A stretch of DNA of 63,425 nt, filler included, from Chiloscyllium plagiosum (taxonomy: Eukaryota), in the NCBI RefSeq assembly GCF_004010195.1. It is 5 parts of 2 records of this genome, joined end to end, with 100 filler letters (N's around TTAATTAATTAA, not from the genome) between each part and the next. Parts side by side here need not be neighbours in the genome. Positions count along the whole stretch, not along the records: positions 1 to 11,895 come from NC_057712.1; positions 11,996 to 35,990 come from NC_057712.1; 3 more parts are not named here. One strand, given 5' to 3'. The notes beneath the pieces are model-generated. The model saw nothing but the letters and a program-made list of their open reading frames with translations. It made no database searches and had not been told where the DNA came from. Each line of letters starts with the position of its first letter. The stretch's first letter is position 1. Shown piece after piece: positions 1 to 14,854 of this stretch. Position numbers and translations under genes: made by a program.

Positions 1-194
1 TCACCCCCGCCAAGTCCTCACCCCCGCCCCCCCCCCCCCCCCAGTCTGGAGCCAATGTGTTCCTTCAAGAGTGAAGGACCGGGGCAGGGAAGCCTGCATG
101 TCAAGGGAATTTGAGAGTCTGATAAAGTAAAAGAAGGAAGTATGTGTCAGGAAAAGCACATCAAAAACAGGGGAGCCTCTTCAAAAATAGAGTT

Positions 195-593
195 TTTATT
201 CATTCATAGCATGCAGGGATTGCTATTTATTGCCCATCCCAGAGGGCAGTTAAGGGGACTAGATTAGGTTAGGATATCTGGTCGGCATGGCTGAGTTGGA
301 CCAAAGAGTTTGATTCTGTGCTGTACATCGCTGTGACTCCAAGAGTCAGCCATGTTGCTGTGGGTCTGGAGTCACATTTAGTCCAGACCAGGTAAGGCTG
401 GCATTTTCCTTCCCCAAAGGAGATGAGTGAATGAGGTGGGGTTTTCTGACAATCAGCAATAGTTTTGTGGTTATCGTCAGACTCTTGATTCCAGATTTTT
501 ATCGAATTCAAATTCCAGCATCTGCCTTGACAGGATTTGAACCCAGATCTCTGATATAACAATCCCACAATGATGTTACTTGGCCATCATCTC
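195..593 (-). mobile_element. tRNA-headed SINE interrupted by a short CR1/HE1-type 3' tail (about 255-340)
   Basis: Minus-strand B-box-like GGGTTCAAATCC and a GGGATGGGCAATAAAT tail shared with the LINE end at 26930-27250; an older related copy lies near 51750-52010. Confidence 0.65.
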
Positions 594-667
594 CTGTGTT
601 TGTTGGTCAATATGTACACGGTGTGCTGAAGGGTTTATTTCTGCACTGTAGATTCTGTGACAATATA

Positions 668-1300
668 TCAGGGATAATCCCAGTGAACTTTCTCTGAACT
701 GCTTCCAATGAACTGATATCTTTCCTTAATAAGGGACACAGCTGCTGACAGTTCTCCAGATGTGCTCTCCCCAGCTCCCTGTACAGTTGCAGTAAGGCTC
801 TCCCTGTACAGTTGCAGTAAGGCTCCCCCTACTCTTATACTCCAACCCCCTCGAAATAAGGACCAACATTCCATTAGCCCTTCCTGATTACCTGCTGTAC
901 CTGGGTGCTAGCTTTCTGTGTTTCGTGCAGCAGTGATCCCTGTGGAACTGCACTGGTGACAGGTCACCAGCCTGAAAACGATCCCCTTATCCCCACTCGC
1001 TGTTTCCTGCCCATCAGCCAGTTCTCTATCCACACCAATACATGACCTCCAACCCCACAGGCTCTAACACAGTGACTTCACCTTTTGTGAGGTACCTTGT
1101 GAGCTTCCTGCAGGTCCAAATGCACCACATTTACTGATTCCCCTCCATCTTCTCTGAGGCTTCCTATTTCCCGTTCCCAAAGTCACGCTGACTCTGCTTG
1201 ATTAGATTATGATTTTCCACATGTGCTGCAATTAATTCCTTAATAATTGATTCCAGCATTTTTCCCACAATACGCTTCTCTAAGTACACGGCAAGGAAAT
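668..1300 (-). mobile_element. Degraded CR1 LINE fragments
   Basis: LLQLYR..., IVGKMLESIIKE...LIKQSQ motifs of CR1 ORF2. Confidence 0.7.
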
Positions 1301-1329
1301 GAATAGTGAAAGTTTGGCCCTTTAGAGAA

Positions 1330-3205
1330 CGGAAGTCTGAGGTAATAAAGGGAAAGCTCAGCAATGGCAAAATCACAAAACCAATATTTTGTCACTGTTT
1401 TTCATAAAGGAAGATAATTTCTTCCAAAAGCTGCAGTTGCTACAGAGGAACTTGGTGAAATTCCTATAACCAGGGAGAAGATATTTAGTAAACTGATGAG
1501 ATTAAAGGCAGATATGTCCTTGGGTCTTGATGGCCTGCACCCTAGGGTATTAAAGGAGGTGGCAGCAGAGATAGTAGATGTATTTATGATATTCCAAAGT
1601 TCCCTGGATTCTGGAAAGGTCCTCGTGGATTGGAAACATGTTAATGTGACACCTTTATTCAAAAAGGGAAGCTATTAACCAGCTAGTTTGACCTCTGTAA
1701 TGGGAAAGTTGCTGGAATCAATCATAAAGAAGGAGATAACTGAACACTTGGAAAAATAAAGCTCGATTCGCCAATGTCAGCACGGTTTCACAAAGGGCAG
1801 GTTGTGCTTGACAAACTTCCTGGAGTTCTTCGAGAATATAACTTGCAAGGTGGATAATGGGGATCTGGTGGATGTGGCATATCTAGACTTCCAGAAGGTA
1901 TTTGATAAGGTGCCACACAAAAGACTGATTCAGAAAGTTAGATCCCAGAGGGTTAGGCGTAGACTGTTGGCTTGGATAGAGGATTGGCTGACTGACAGAA
2001 AGCAGAGGGTCAGGATAAATGGGTCCTTCTCTGGACGGTGAACTGTAACTAGTAGGTGCCACAGGGTTCAGTTCATGAACCTCAACAATTTACACTCTAC
2101 GTAAATGAGCTACAAGCAGGGACGGAGTGCAACATAGTAAAATTTCAGATGGTGCTAAAATAGTTTGGAAATAGGCTGTGATGAGGTGATAAAGGGTTTA
2201 CAGATAGGCTGGGAGAATGGGGCAGAATCTGGCAGCTGGAGGTTAATGTTGGCCAAGTGTGAGACTGGCTGGAAAGATAAAAGGGCATGTGATTATTTAA
2301 ATGGGAAATCGATTCAGAGTCTGTCAGTGCAGAAGGATCTGGGTGTCTTTGTGCACGAATCACAGCAAGTGGTTAGGCAGGTGCAGTATATAATAGGAGA
2401 AAGGCAAATGGGATCCTGACATCTTTTGCAAGATGAGAAAGTGAGGAGTGCAGATGCTGCAGATCAGAGTCGAGAGTGTGTTACTGGAAAAGCACAGCAG
2501 GTCAGGCAGCATCCAAGGAGCAGGAGAATCAACATTTCAGAAATTTCCTGATGAAGGGCTTGTGCCCAAAGGATTGATTCTCCACATTTATTGCAAGATT
2601 GCTGGGATTAAAGAAGAAGTGTTTCTACAATTGTATGAGGTGCTGGTGAGACCACTTCTACAGTAGTGTGTCCAGTTTTGGTGCCTTTCCTTGTGGAAGG
2701 ATGTGCTGGTACTGGAGATGGTTCAGAGGAGAGTCACCAGGTTGATCCCAGGGATGGGAAGGGCTGGTGTACGAGGAGCAGTTGAATAGCCCAGGCTTGT
2801 ACTCACTGGGGTTCAAGAGAATAAGGAAGGATCCGATTGAGGGGTATAAAATACTAAAGGGAATTGATAAGGTGGACGTGGAACAGATGCTCCCCCCCCA
2901 GGGGGGGGCAGTCTAGAACAAGAGGTCATAGATGTCGAGTGAAAGGAGGGAGATTCCAAACACAGAGGAGCAGAAACACCTTCTCCCAGGGGGTTGTCAG
3001 TCTGTGGGACTCACTGCCTCAGAGTGCAGAGTGGGGACAGAATCAATCCACAGATTCAAGGAGCAAATTGATATGTTTCTGATGAAAAGTGGGATAAAGG
3101 GGAAGAGGCAGGGAAGTGGGGTTCAGACCAAGATAAGATCAGCCCTGGTCATGTTAAATGACAGAGTGGGCTCAAAGGCTTCACTTGCCTCCACCTGCTC
3201 CTAAC
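1330..3205 (+). mobile_element. CR1 LINE, RT-to-3' portion, degraded
   Basis: GLDGLHPRVLKE, CLTNFLEFFE, YLDFQKVFDKVPH, SRTRGH motifs across frameshifts; PLE-end insertion at about 2435-2583. Confidence 0.9.
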
Positions 3206-3224
3206 AATAGATATTACCTACTTT

Positions 3225-3735
3225 TTACCACCTCCCTTTTTGAACAGGGCTGTCATATTTGCGGTTTTCCAAACCTTCTGGTACTTCTCCAGAATTGAAG
3301 GACTTTAGGAAAATTACAACCAAGGCATCCATTGTCTCCTTTAGGATCCAAAGATGCAAGCCCTTGGTGCCAGGGTGTAGGTCTGCCTTTACCCCCATTA
3401 GTTTATCAGAAATTACATCCCTCGTGATGGTGATGGCATTTAATTTCTCTCTTGTTTTCTGTCGGATGAATGAGATGTTCAAAGATTCTTCCGTTGTAAA
3501 GTGCAAAGTACTGTTTCAGTCCCTCTGCCATGCTAACCCAATCTCCAGACCCATCTGCCCAGTTTCATTTTCTGCGGGGCCTGAGTTCACTTTGACCACT
3601 CTCTCTTTTAATATATTTAAAGAAGCTCTTATTGTAACTTTTTATCTTCCTCGCTAGTTTGCTCTCGTGGTTTATTTTCTCTGTCTTTATTATCTTTTTA
3701 TGGGGAATGTCCCCAGATTGCTTTCCTCCACTTCT
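3225..3735 (-). mobile_element. CR1 LINE ORF2 fragment
   Basis: KLARKIKSYNKSFFKYIK and GLHLWILKE motifs. Confidence 0.8.
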
Positions 3736-3737
3736 CC

Positions 3738-4620
3738 TTTCACCCCCCAAACCCTCACCCCGACCACATCCTCCCACCTTTCACCCCCCAAACCCTCACC
3801 CCGACCACANNNNNNNNNNNNNNNNNNNNNNNNNNNNNNNNNNNNNNNNNNNNNNNNNNNNNNNNNNNNNNNNNNNNNNNNNNNNNNNNNNNNNNNNNNN
3901 NNNNNNNNNNNNNNNNNNNNNNNNNNNNNNNNNNNNNNNNNNNNNNNNNNNNNNNNNNNNNNNNNNNNNNNNNNNNNNNNNNNNNNNNNNNNNNNNNNNN
4001 NNNNNNNNNNNNNNNNNNNNNNNNNNNNNNNNNNNNNNNNNNNNNNNNNNNNNNNNNNNNNNNNNNNNNNNNNNNNNNNNNNNNNNNNNNNNNNNNNNNN
4101 NNNNNNNNNNNNNNNNNNNNNNNNNNNNNNNNNNNNNNNNNNNNNNNNNNNNNNNNNNNNNNNNNNNNNNNNNNNNNNNNNNNNNNNNNNNNNNNNNNNN
4201 NNNNNNNNNNNNNNNNNNNNNNNNNNNNNNNNNNNNNNNNNNNNNNNNNNNNNNNNNNNNNNNNNNNNNNNNNNNNNNNNNNNNNNNNNNNNNNNNNNNN
4301 NNNNNNNNNNNNNNNNNNNNNNNNNNNNNNNNNNNNNNNNNNNNNNNNNNNNNNNNNNNNNNNNNNNNNNNNNNNNNNNNNNNNNNNNNNNNNNNNNNNN
4401 NNNNNNNNNNNNNNNNNNNNNNNNNNNNNNNNNNNNNNNNNNNNNNNNNNNNNNNNNNNNNNNNNNNNNNNNNNNNNNNNNNNNNNNNNNNNNNNNNNNN
4501 NNNNNNNNNNNNNNNNNNNNNNNNNNNNNNNNNNNNNNNNNNNNNNNNNNNNNNNNNNGACCCTTCACCCCCAAACCCTCACCCCGACTCTTCAACTCCC
4601 CAAACACTCACCCTGACCCC
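3738..4620. repeat. C-rich roughly 41-bp tandem repeat flanking an N gap (3810-4558)
   Basis: TTCACCCCC(C)AAACCCTCACCCCGAC occurs twice left of the gap and once right of it. Confidence 0.65.
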
Positions 4621-4780
4621 ATTCCTCTGACCCTTTGCCCTTCCGAACCCCCAAAAACGTCAACCTGGCCCCATTGCGTGACCCCTCACTCCCAAAGCAC
4701 ACTTCCTGCTTTATTCCCTGCATGCCTCCCTCCCTCCTTTTGATTTGATGTTGAATTGCGTGGGTTTGTTTGAAATGCAG

Positions 4781-4856
4781 GAAGAAAAGGAAGGTGACTC
4801 TTCGAAGGATTCACTGGAGGATCTCTTTCCTGAGGAGGAAGAACACGGCACAGGAA
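4781..4856 (+). CDS. KLC4: Kinesin light chain exon (acidic linker with LFP motif): EEKEGDSSKDSLEDLFPEEEEHGTG
   Basis: tgcag|GAA acceptor, A|gtgag donor, 76 nt ending in phase 1; joins in frame to the 6527 exon. The EEKEGD..KDSL.DLFP pattern is closest to KLC4 as I recall the paralogs. Confidence 0.88.
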
Positions 4857-5019
4857 GTGAGCTCCTCTCTATTTTGCACTCTCTCTCTATCTCTGTTCTT
4901 CGGCTTCCCTCTACCTCCCTGTTTTATTCATTCTCCCACACTTGCTCTATTCTTCCCTCTTCGGCATCCTCTCGCCCTCTTCTTATTACCCTTCCCCCAC
5001 CTACTTCCACCTTCCCTCT

Positions 5020-6756
<1,737 letters not shown>

Positions 6757-6834
6757 TGAGCACTACACCGGGCATGGGGTACACATTGCCAGGCAGCCTG
6801 TGTCTCAGTGCTGTCCGTTTCTGATGTGTGCTGA

Positions 6835-7002
<168 letters not shown>

Positions 7003-7235
7003 TGAGCAAACAACCACCCCAACACCTGCACTGTCCGCCCCAACCTCACATCGACTGCCCCATGGCCTCCACCCCTGCACCATCTGCCCTCATCCCACTT
7101 CCATTTGGCTCCCCCCAACCACACCCACCTGTACCCCATCTGGCTTCACCCTCATTCCTCATCCAGTTATCCCCATCCGCACTCCACCCCAACCACACCC
7201 CCAACCTCATCCCCACTCCCCACCTTCATCACATA

Positions 7236-7400
7236 CCCCAGGGACATGGACAGCACGGGGTTAGATACGGAGTAAAGTTGCCTCTACACTGTCCCCATCA
7301 AACATCCCCTGGGACATGGACAGCACGGGATTAGATATGGAGTAAAGCTCTCTCTACATGGTCCCCATTAAACACCCCAGGACAGGGACAGGACGGGGGT
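7236..7400. repeat. Roughly 70-bp tandem repeat, about 2.3 copies
   Basis: GGGACATGGACAGCACGGG.TTAGATA.GGAGTAAAG...CTCTACA..GTCCCCAT.AAACA repeated; related inverted sequence near 62645-62725. Confidence 0.8.
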
Positions 7401-7495
7401 CAGTTAAAGAGGAAAGCGCGTTGTTTTCTTGTTTTGAATGATAATGTTGGGTTTCAGGGAGAAGGGGGTCCCAGCTTGAAGAGCTTGTTGACTGA

Positions 7496-8155
<660 letters not shown>

Positions 8156-8514
8156 TAGGAAAGGATACCCGCGCAATTTCATCAACAGATGCCTAAGAGA
8201 AAGACAACGGAACGAGGACATGCCGCAACCCAAAGGACTAGCCACACTACCATACATCAGGAGCATTTCAGAACTGACAGTCAGATTACTGCGACCACTA
8301 GGACTTATAACAGCACACAAACCAACAGCCACCCTCAGACAACAACTCACCAGAACGAAGGACCCGATACCCAGCATGAGCAAAACTAATGTAGTGTACA
8401 AAATCCCATGCAAGGACTGCACAAAACACCATATAGACAACCGGAAGCGGCAGGGACAGGCCACTATAAATGCCGGAGGAAACACCACAGAAGCGCTTCA
8501 CAGGAGGCTCCCAA

Positions 8515-8554
8515 GCACTGAGGATGTCACCTAGACAGGGGACGAAACATTTGC
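8515..8554 (+). ncRNA. Minimal hammerhead motif, same family as 7821-7860, with CG>CA in helix III
   Basis: GCA-CTGAGGA-T-GTC-ACCTAGACAGGG-GAC-GAAA-CA-TT-TGC. Confidence 0.7.
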
Positions 8555-8611
8555 AACAAAAATTTCCAGTTTGGCGAACAGAACCACAACAACGGAGATA
8601 AGGTTACACCA

Positions 8612-8795
8612 TCACTGAGGGAGTGCCACACTGTCACAGCGTCAGTTCTGAGGGAGTGCCACACTCACAGGGTCAGTGCTGAGGGAGTGCCGCACTGCCG
8701 GAGGGTCAGTGCTGAGGGAGTGCCGCACTGCCGGAGGGTCAGTGCTGAGGGAGAGCCGCACTGTCGGAGGGTCAGTGCTGAGGGAGAGCCACACT
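8612..8795 (-). repeat. 33-bp satellite, about 5.5 copies (same family as 32975-33920)
   Basis: (GTCAGTGCTGAGGGAGTGCCGCACTGCCGGAGG)n. Confidence 0.9.
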
Positions 8796-9399
8796 TTTGA
8801 GACTCCTGTGTAGCCTGGTGAATGTGTGCATGAAATATGTTGAGGACGGATTCTTTGGGTAGTGCATTCTCAGGGGCCAGGTTTCTGATTCTTCATTCAT
8901 GGACTGCAGGTATCCCTTGCTGAGCCAGCTTTTTGCCCATCCCTAAACCACTTCAGTCCTTGATGTCCACAGAGCTTTTCAGAAGGGAGTTCCAGGTATT
9001 TTACCAAGCAGCACTGAAGAAAAGATAATAATTTTCCAAGTCACGGTGTTGTCTGATTTGGAGGGGATCTTGTAAGTGCTGGAGTTCCTGTGTGTCTGAT
9101 ACCGTTGTCCTTTGGATGGTAGAGTTTACAAGTTTAAAAGCTGCCTGCCACTGTGCAGTGACCCACGAATAACTCATGATCACATCATCAAGGAGCCTTT
9201 AGGTAGCATTCCACATTCAGAGTGAGAGTGAGAAGCCTGAATCTGGAACTGTTGTCTTCAGCTTCACATTGGCACTTACAAGGTATTATGGCCAACATTG
9301 ACTAAAATTAACTAGAAAAATCATTTTTAAAAAAACCCAGACATTTGAAAGCAGTGGCTGGCCCTTAAGGAGATCTTTAATCCCATTTAACAAAGGTAT

Positions 9400-10920
9400 T
9401 GCAAAAAGAATACTCTCAGAAGGAAACACCAGTGTTGTTCACAAGAGAAGTGAACATCGGTAGCAAAGTGAAGGAAAACACAGCCATGTTGTGAACATTA
9501 CGATCTGGCAGAAGATTGCGCAGGTTTCGAAACCGGCAAAGAATGACAAAGAACAAAATTGCAGCATGAGGCAAGTCAAGCGGGGAGTATACAGACAAGT
9601 AAACGAGTCTCTGAAAATATTGAAATCAACAAGACTAGCTGAAGTCAGCACTGAGTCCCTTAGACCGGGAAATTGGAGAATTACTACTGGAAATGAGTAC
9701 ACGGCAGAAAGTTTGACCAATTATAGTGTCTGTGTTCATTGTAGAACACAAATACCATGCAGCATGACTGAAACGCAAGGGGGTACAAGACAGGAAGGAA
9801 CTGAAGGAAGTGCTGCACAAATATACTGGGGTTTTTTGAGGAAGTAACTAGAATAATTAAGGCAAACCTGTGAATATGGTGTACTTGCATTTTCAGAAGC
9901 TTTTTCATAAGGTCTGTCACGAGAGGCTAGTGGGCAATATTAACAGACAATGGGGGTAATATATTGGCATGGATTGAGAATTGGTTGACAGTTAGGAAAC
10001 AGAGTGTGTGAATAAATAGCTCTTTTTTCAGATTGTAGGCAGTGACCATAGGTTTGCAAGGACGGGTGTTTAGGCTACAGCTATTCACCCGTACATATAA
10101 AGGACCTTGTCTTGGAAACTGAATGCAGCATGCTGACGATACAAAACTGGGTGGGATTGTGGTTTGTGAGGAGAATGCATGGAGACTTCAAGGCCATTTA
10201 GACATGATGAGTGAGTGTGCAAACACATGGCAGATACAATACAATGTGACTAAATGTGAAGTTATCCAAATTGGTGTGAAGGAACAGAAAGGGAGACTAT
10301 GATTTAAACCGTGGTCTGTTGGGAAGTGTGGATGTGTAAAGGGATCTGGGAATCCTAATAGATCAGTCAGTGAAAGTAGACAGGCAATTGCAGCAAGCAA
10401 TTAGGAAGGCACATGATACAATGCCCTCCAGTGCAGAAGGATTGGAATTGAGAAATAGTGATGTCTTCCTTCAGTTATACAGGGTCTTGGTGAGAGCACA
10501 CCTGGAGCACTGCATGCAGGTTCGGTCTCTCTACCTAAGGAAGGATAGACCACCCATAGAGGGTCTGCAGTGGGGGGGGAGGTCCCTGGACTGATACTGG
10601 GGATGGTAGGGCTCTCCCATGAGAGAGATTGGTTCAACTGGGCCTGAATTCACTGGAGTTTAGAAGGATGAGTGGGATATGATTGAAATGTCTAAAATTC
10701 AGCAGGTTTGGACAGACGAGATGTAGGATGAATGTTTCCCTGCATGGGGAGTCCAGAACCAGCCATCATAGTCCCAGGATACTGAGATGAGAAAATACTT
10801 CTTCACTCAGACGTGAGTAAACCTGTGGGATTTACTACTACAGGCAGCTGTGGTGACAGGTTTCTGAGTGTATTCAAGAAAGAGATTGATAATCTTTTTG
10901 ATTATCACAACATCGAAGGA
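9400..10920 (+). mobile_element. Old, degraded CR1 LINE in a KLC intron
   Basis: FLQLYRVLVRAHLEHCMQ and RT-region remnants (gctgacgatacaaaactgggtggg). Confidence 0.8.
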
Positions 10921-10923
10921 TAT

Positions 10924-11114
10924 TGCAAGGTTTGTAGCTCAGGTTGAGGTTTAGGGTGTAGGTTTGCTCCCTGAGCTGTAGGTTTGATATCCAGATGTTT
11001 CATTACCTGGCTAGGTAACATCATCAGTGGTGACCTCCAAGTGATGTTACCTAGCCAGGTAATGAAACGTCTGGATATCAAACCTACAGCTCAGCGAGCA
11101 AACCTACACCCTAA
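10924..11114. mobile_element. Fold-back mini-element made of two inverted PLE ends, 12-bp TSD
   Basis: About 74-bp inverted arms; TSD ATCGAAGGATAT at 10912-10923 and 11115-11126. Confidence 0.85.
10991..11030 (-). ncRNA. Minimal hammerhead motif (second PLE-end family)
   Basis: Reverse complement CCA-CUGAUGA-U-GUUACCU-AGCC-AGGUAAU-GAAA-CA-UC-UGG; the inverted arm retains GAAACGUCUGG. Confidence 0.72.
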
Positions 11115-11126
11115 ATCGAAGGATAT

Positions 11127-11335
11127 GTGGAATTGGCACATTCTCCCCATGTCTGCGGATGCTCCCACAGTCCAAAGATGTACAGGTAAGGGTGGATTGG
11201 CCATGTTAAGTTATCCATAGTGTCCAGGGATGTGAAGGCTAGGTAGATTACCTGTGGGACATTTATGGGGACAGGGTGAGATGTCCTTTGGAAGCTTAGT
11301 TAAGACTCAGTGGTCACATTCCACACTGTAGGGAA
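11127..11335 (+). mobile_element. 5'-truncated, degraded V-SINE (HE1-like)
   Basis: GCACATTCTCCCCATGTCTGC...CTCCCACAGTCCAAAGATGT V-domain remnant. Confidence 0.7.
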
Positions 11336-11534
11336 TACATATTTGGGGAAAGTGGAAATATGGCAATAAGATCGAGATTAGCCCTGATCGTGTTGAATGA
11401 CAGATTGTGTTTGTACTTGCAGTTTCATGTTGTGTCTCACTGTGCCAGTGGTATTTTGTGAATAATTGTGGCCTCAGCACTGATCTGTGTTGTGGATGTA
11501 CTGAGCTGTCCGACATGGTGTTTGCCTTACATAG

Positions 11535-11885
<351 letters not shown>

Positions 11886-12271
11886 TGAGCCCTGGNNNNN
11901 NNNNNNNNNNNNNNNNNNNNNNNNNNNNNNNNNNNNNNNTTAATTAATTAANNNNNNNNNNNNNNNNNNNNNNNNNNNNNNNNNNNNNNNNNNNNCAGTG
12001 CGATGGTGGGGAAGGGGACAGTGAAATGGTGGGGACGGGGACAGTGAAATGGTGGGGACGGGGAAGGGGACAGAGCGATGCTGGGGATGGGGAAAGATGT
12101 GAGGGTGTTGAAAGTATGGAGAGCAGCGAGGGGAACAGGGTGTTACGGATGGTGATTGTTGCTCAGAGCGGTTTGGGGCGGAGGGTGGAGATAATGTAGG
12201 CAAGAGGCAGTGGGGAGGGGTGTTGGTGTTGGCAGGCCTGGAGCTGTCTGACATATTCTGGCTGTTTCTAG

Positions 12272-12324
12272 GTGAGAATAAACCCATCTGGATGCATGCT
12301 GAGGAACGTGAAGAGCTCAGCAAG
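12272..12324 (+). CDS. KLC4: Kinesin light chain exon: (G)ENKPIWMHAEEREELSK
   Basis: ttctag|GT acceptor, AAG|gtgagt donor, 53 nt; conserved KPIWMHAEERE; the EEREE.SK ending is KLC4-like. Confidence 0.92.
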
Positions 12325-12563
12325 GTGAGTGACACTGTCTCCATCTCCTCCCTGTTACTGTTGGGATTGAGTCAACCCTCCTGTGGAACTCGGTCTTAGC
12401 AAACCTCTGCCTGAACTGCCAGGCTGCACCGTTTGTTCCCAAAGGCCAAATCTCCGAAAGCTGAGGTTTACAACTATATTAAATATGAATTACAGGCAAC
12501 AAATCGAAAAACAATAAATTAGTCATTTAAACATTAAGTCATTGTTAAAAATGGCCATTAAGA

Positions 12564-13612
12564 AGTGTCAGAGAGTGTCTGCTCAGACAAGGATGCATTC
12601 CACTCCCAAGCATCCCAGATGTCCACTTATTTCGAACCACGTGCTTCCACCCCACCCCCCAACCCCGTCATCCAGACAGCCCTCTGCCACACCACCACCA
12701 TCCCCCGTTCCACTGCTCTAACACCCCCTCCAAATGCAATAAAGAGAGTTCCCCCTTGTCCTCACCTACCATCCCACCCCAGTCTATGCATCAGCCTTTA
12801 ACACTTCTACCTACTCCAACTAGACCCCATAACCAAGAACATTTTCCCCCCTCCATCCATCTCAGCCTTCCGCAAAGACCATTCCCTCTGCCAGTCCTTG
12901 GTTTGTGCCAGTCTCTCCACCAACTCCCCCCACTGTCCCTTCCCCTACAACCGGAAAAGATGCAAAACCTGCTGGTACCCCACCCCCCTCACCTCCATCC
13001 AGGGCTCCACACAGTCCTTCCAGGTGGGACAGTGGTTCACCTGCCTCTCCTCCAACCTAGTTTTCTGCATCACATGCTCCCACTGTGCTCTTCTCTACAT
13101 CGGGGAGACTGAACGGTAACTTAGGGAATGGTTCACCGAGCATCGGAGCCAGGCCCACGGGCTGACCGGACCTCCCAGTCACCGTCCTTCCCACTCCCTT
13201 TCCAACATTCCTTGGCCTCCTACATTTCCACAACGAACCAAACCACAATTTGGAGGGAGAGCACCTCATCTTCCATCTGGACAGCCTACAATCCGGAGGA
13301 CTCAACATTGAGTTTTCCAACTTCAAATCACCTCCATCCCCATCCCCGACTCCCTTCCCAGTGCCTCCCCCTCCCTTCCACTCCTCCCTGGCATCAACCG
13401 GATCCATCCCTCCCATTAACCAACCAGGTCATACCCTCTACCTGTCTTCACCTATCCCCACCTCACCAACCTGCCCCCGCCACCCCCTTTATCTGCAGCT
13501 TCCCCCCCACAACCAGCCCTAGTCCTGAAGAAGAGTTACACCCAAAACATTTACTTCTCCAGCTCCTGATGCTGCCTGGCTTGCTGTGTTCTTCCAGCCT
13601 CCTGCCTGTCTA
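12564..13612 (+). mobile_element. Penelope-like element 3' fragment (GIY-YIG region and tail)
   Basis: RKRCKTC...FTCLSSNLVFCITCSHCALLYIGET, EHLIFHLDSLQSGGLNIEF; decayed hammerhead near 13524-13555. Confidence 0.85.
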
Positions 13613-14149
13613 TTTAAGAAGTGTCAAGCATGTGACTGTTTCATGATAAAACTGGCCCCTTATTGAAAAAGTAAGAGCAGAGAGTTATTGATAACGGCAA
13701 GGTCCCAGGCTGCTCAGCAGTGGGAAAGGGTTGGAAATAGAGGCTGTGCACACACACCCTTGGTTATAAAGAACCTTTATCTGAGTTTGTAGCCACCTCT
13801 GGAGATACACGGCATAATTCATTTGCAGGAGTAGAATCATTACCCCTCCCTTAGTTTTCAATCCCCACCCCCTGGGGGTTTTCATTCCCTCCCCCAGACA
13901 GTGATCAGCTCAACTGTATAAAACAGGTCAGGACACTGTGCTCCTGTCTCATCTCGGCCTAAGCTTCACTCAGACTCTCTCATTGTCCCCCTCAGTCTCT
14001 CCCTCCTTCTCAGATTCCCTCCCTCCAAATCCAACAGACTCCCAATCCTTGACCCTCAGGAACACACTCTCCCCCATTCCCTGACTGCACCCCCCTACAA
14101 GAGTGCGAGAGAGACAGTGTTCACAGCAGGAGTGATGGAGACTGAATCC

Positions 14150-14325
14150 CACTGTGCAGTCCCCTCTGCTGGGTCTGTCCTGCCAGTGGGACAGGATATA
14201 TCCAGGGATAGTTGTGGTAGTGTCTGGGACATTGCCTGTCGGGTATGGTTCTGAGAATATAACTATGTCAGATTGTTCCTTGGCTGGTCTGTGAGACAGC
14301 TCTCCCAATGTTGGCATTAGCCCCA
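14150..14325 (-). mobile_element. LINE AP-endonuclease fragment (CR1/L2 group)
   Basis: DIVIFSEPY...TIPGY.LSH.QDRPSRG. Confidence 0.65.
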
Positions 14326-14354
14326 GATGTAAGTGAGGACAACGTTTACAGGGT

Positions 14355-14854
14355 NNNNNNNNNNNNNNNNNNNNNNNNNNNNNNNNNNNNNNNNNNNNNN
14401 NNNNNNNNNNNNNNNNNNNNNNNNNNNNNNNNNNNNNNNNNNNNNNNNNNNNNNNNNNNNNNNNNNNNNNNNNNNNNNNNNNNNNNNNNNNNNNNNNNNN
14501 NNNNNNNNNNNNNNNNNNNNNNNNNNNNNNNNNNNNNNNNNNNNNNNNNNNNNNNNNNNNNNNNNNNNNNNNNNNNNNNNNNNNNNNNNNNNNNNNNNNN
14601 NNNNNNNNNNNNNNNNNNNNNNNNNNNNNNNNNNNNNNNNNNNNNNNNNNNNNNNNNNNNNNNNNNNNNNNNNNNNNNNNNNNNNNNNNNNNNNNNNNNN
14701 NNNNNNNNNNNNNNNNNNNNNNNNNNNNNNNNNNNNNNNNNNNNNNNNNNNNNNNNNNNNNNNNNNNNNNNNNNNNNNNNNNNNNNNNNNNNNNNNNNNN
14801 NNNNNNNNNNNNNNNNNNNNNNNNNNNNNNNNNNNNNNNNNNNNNNNNNNNNNN
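14355..14854. other. Exact 500-N scaffolding gap
   Basis: 500 consecutive N, a round placeholder size. Confidence 0.95.

Noticed and set aside
3659..4743. 300+ aa ORFs here and similar X-filled ORFs at 14308, 17678 and 20035
   Set aside because: Artefacts of reading through N gaps.
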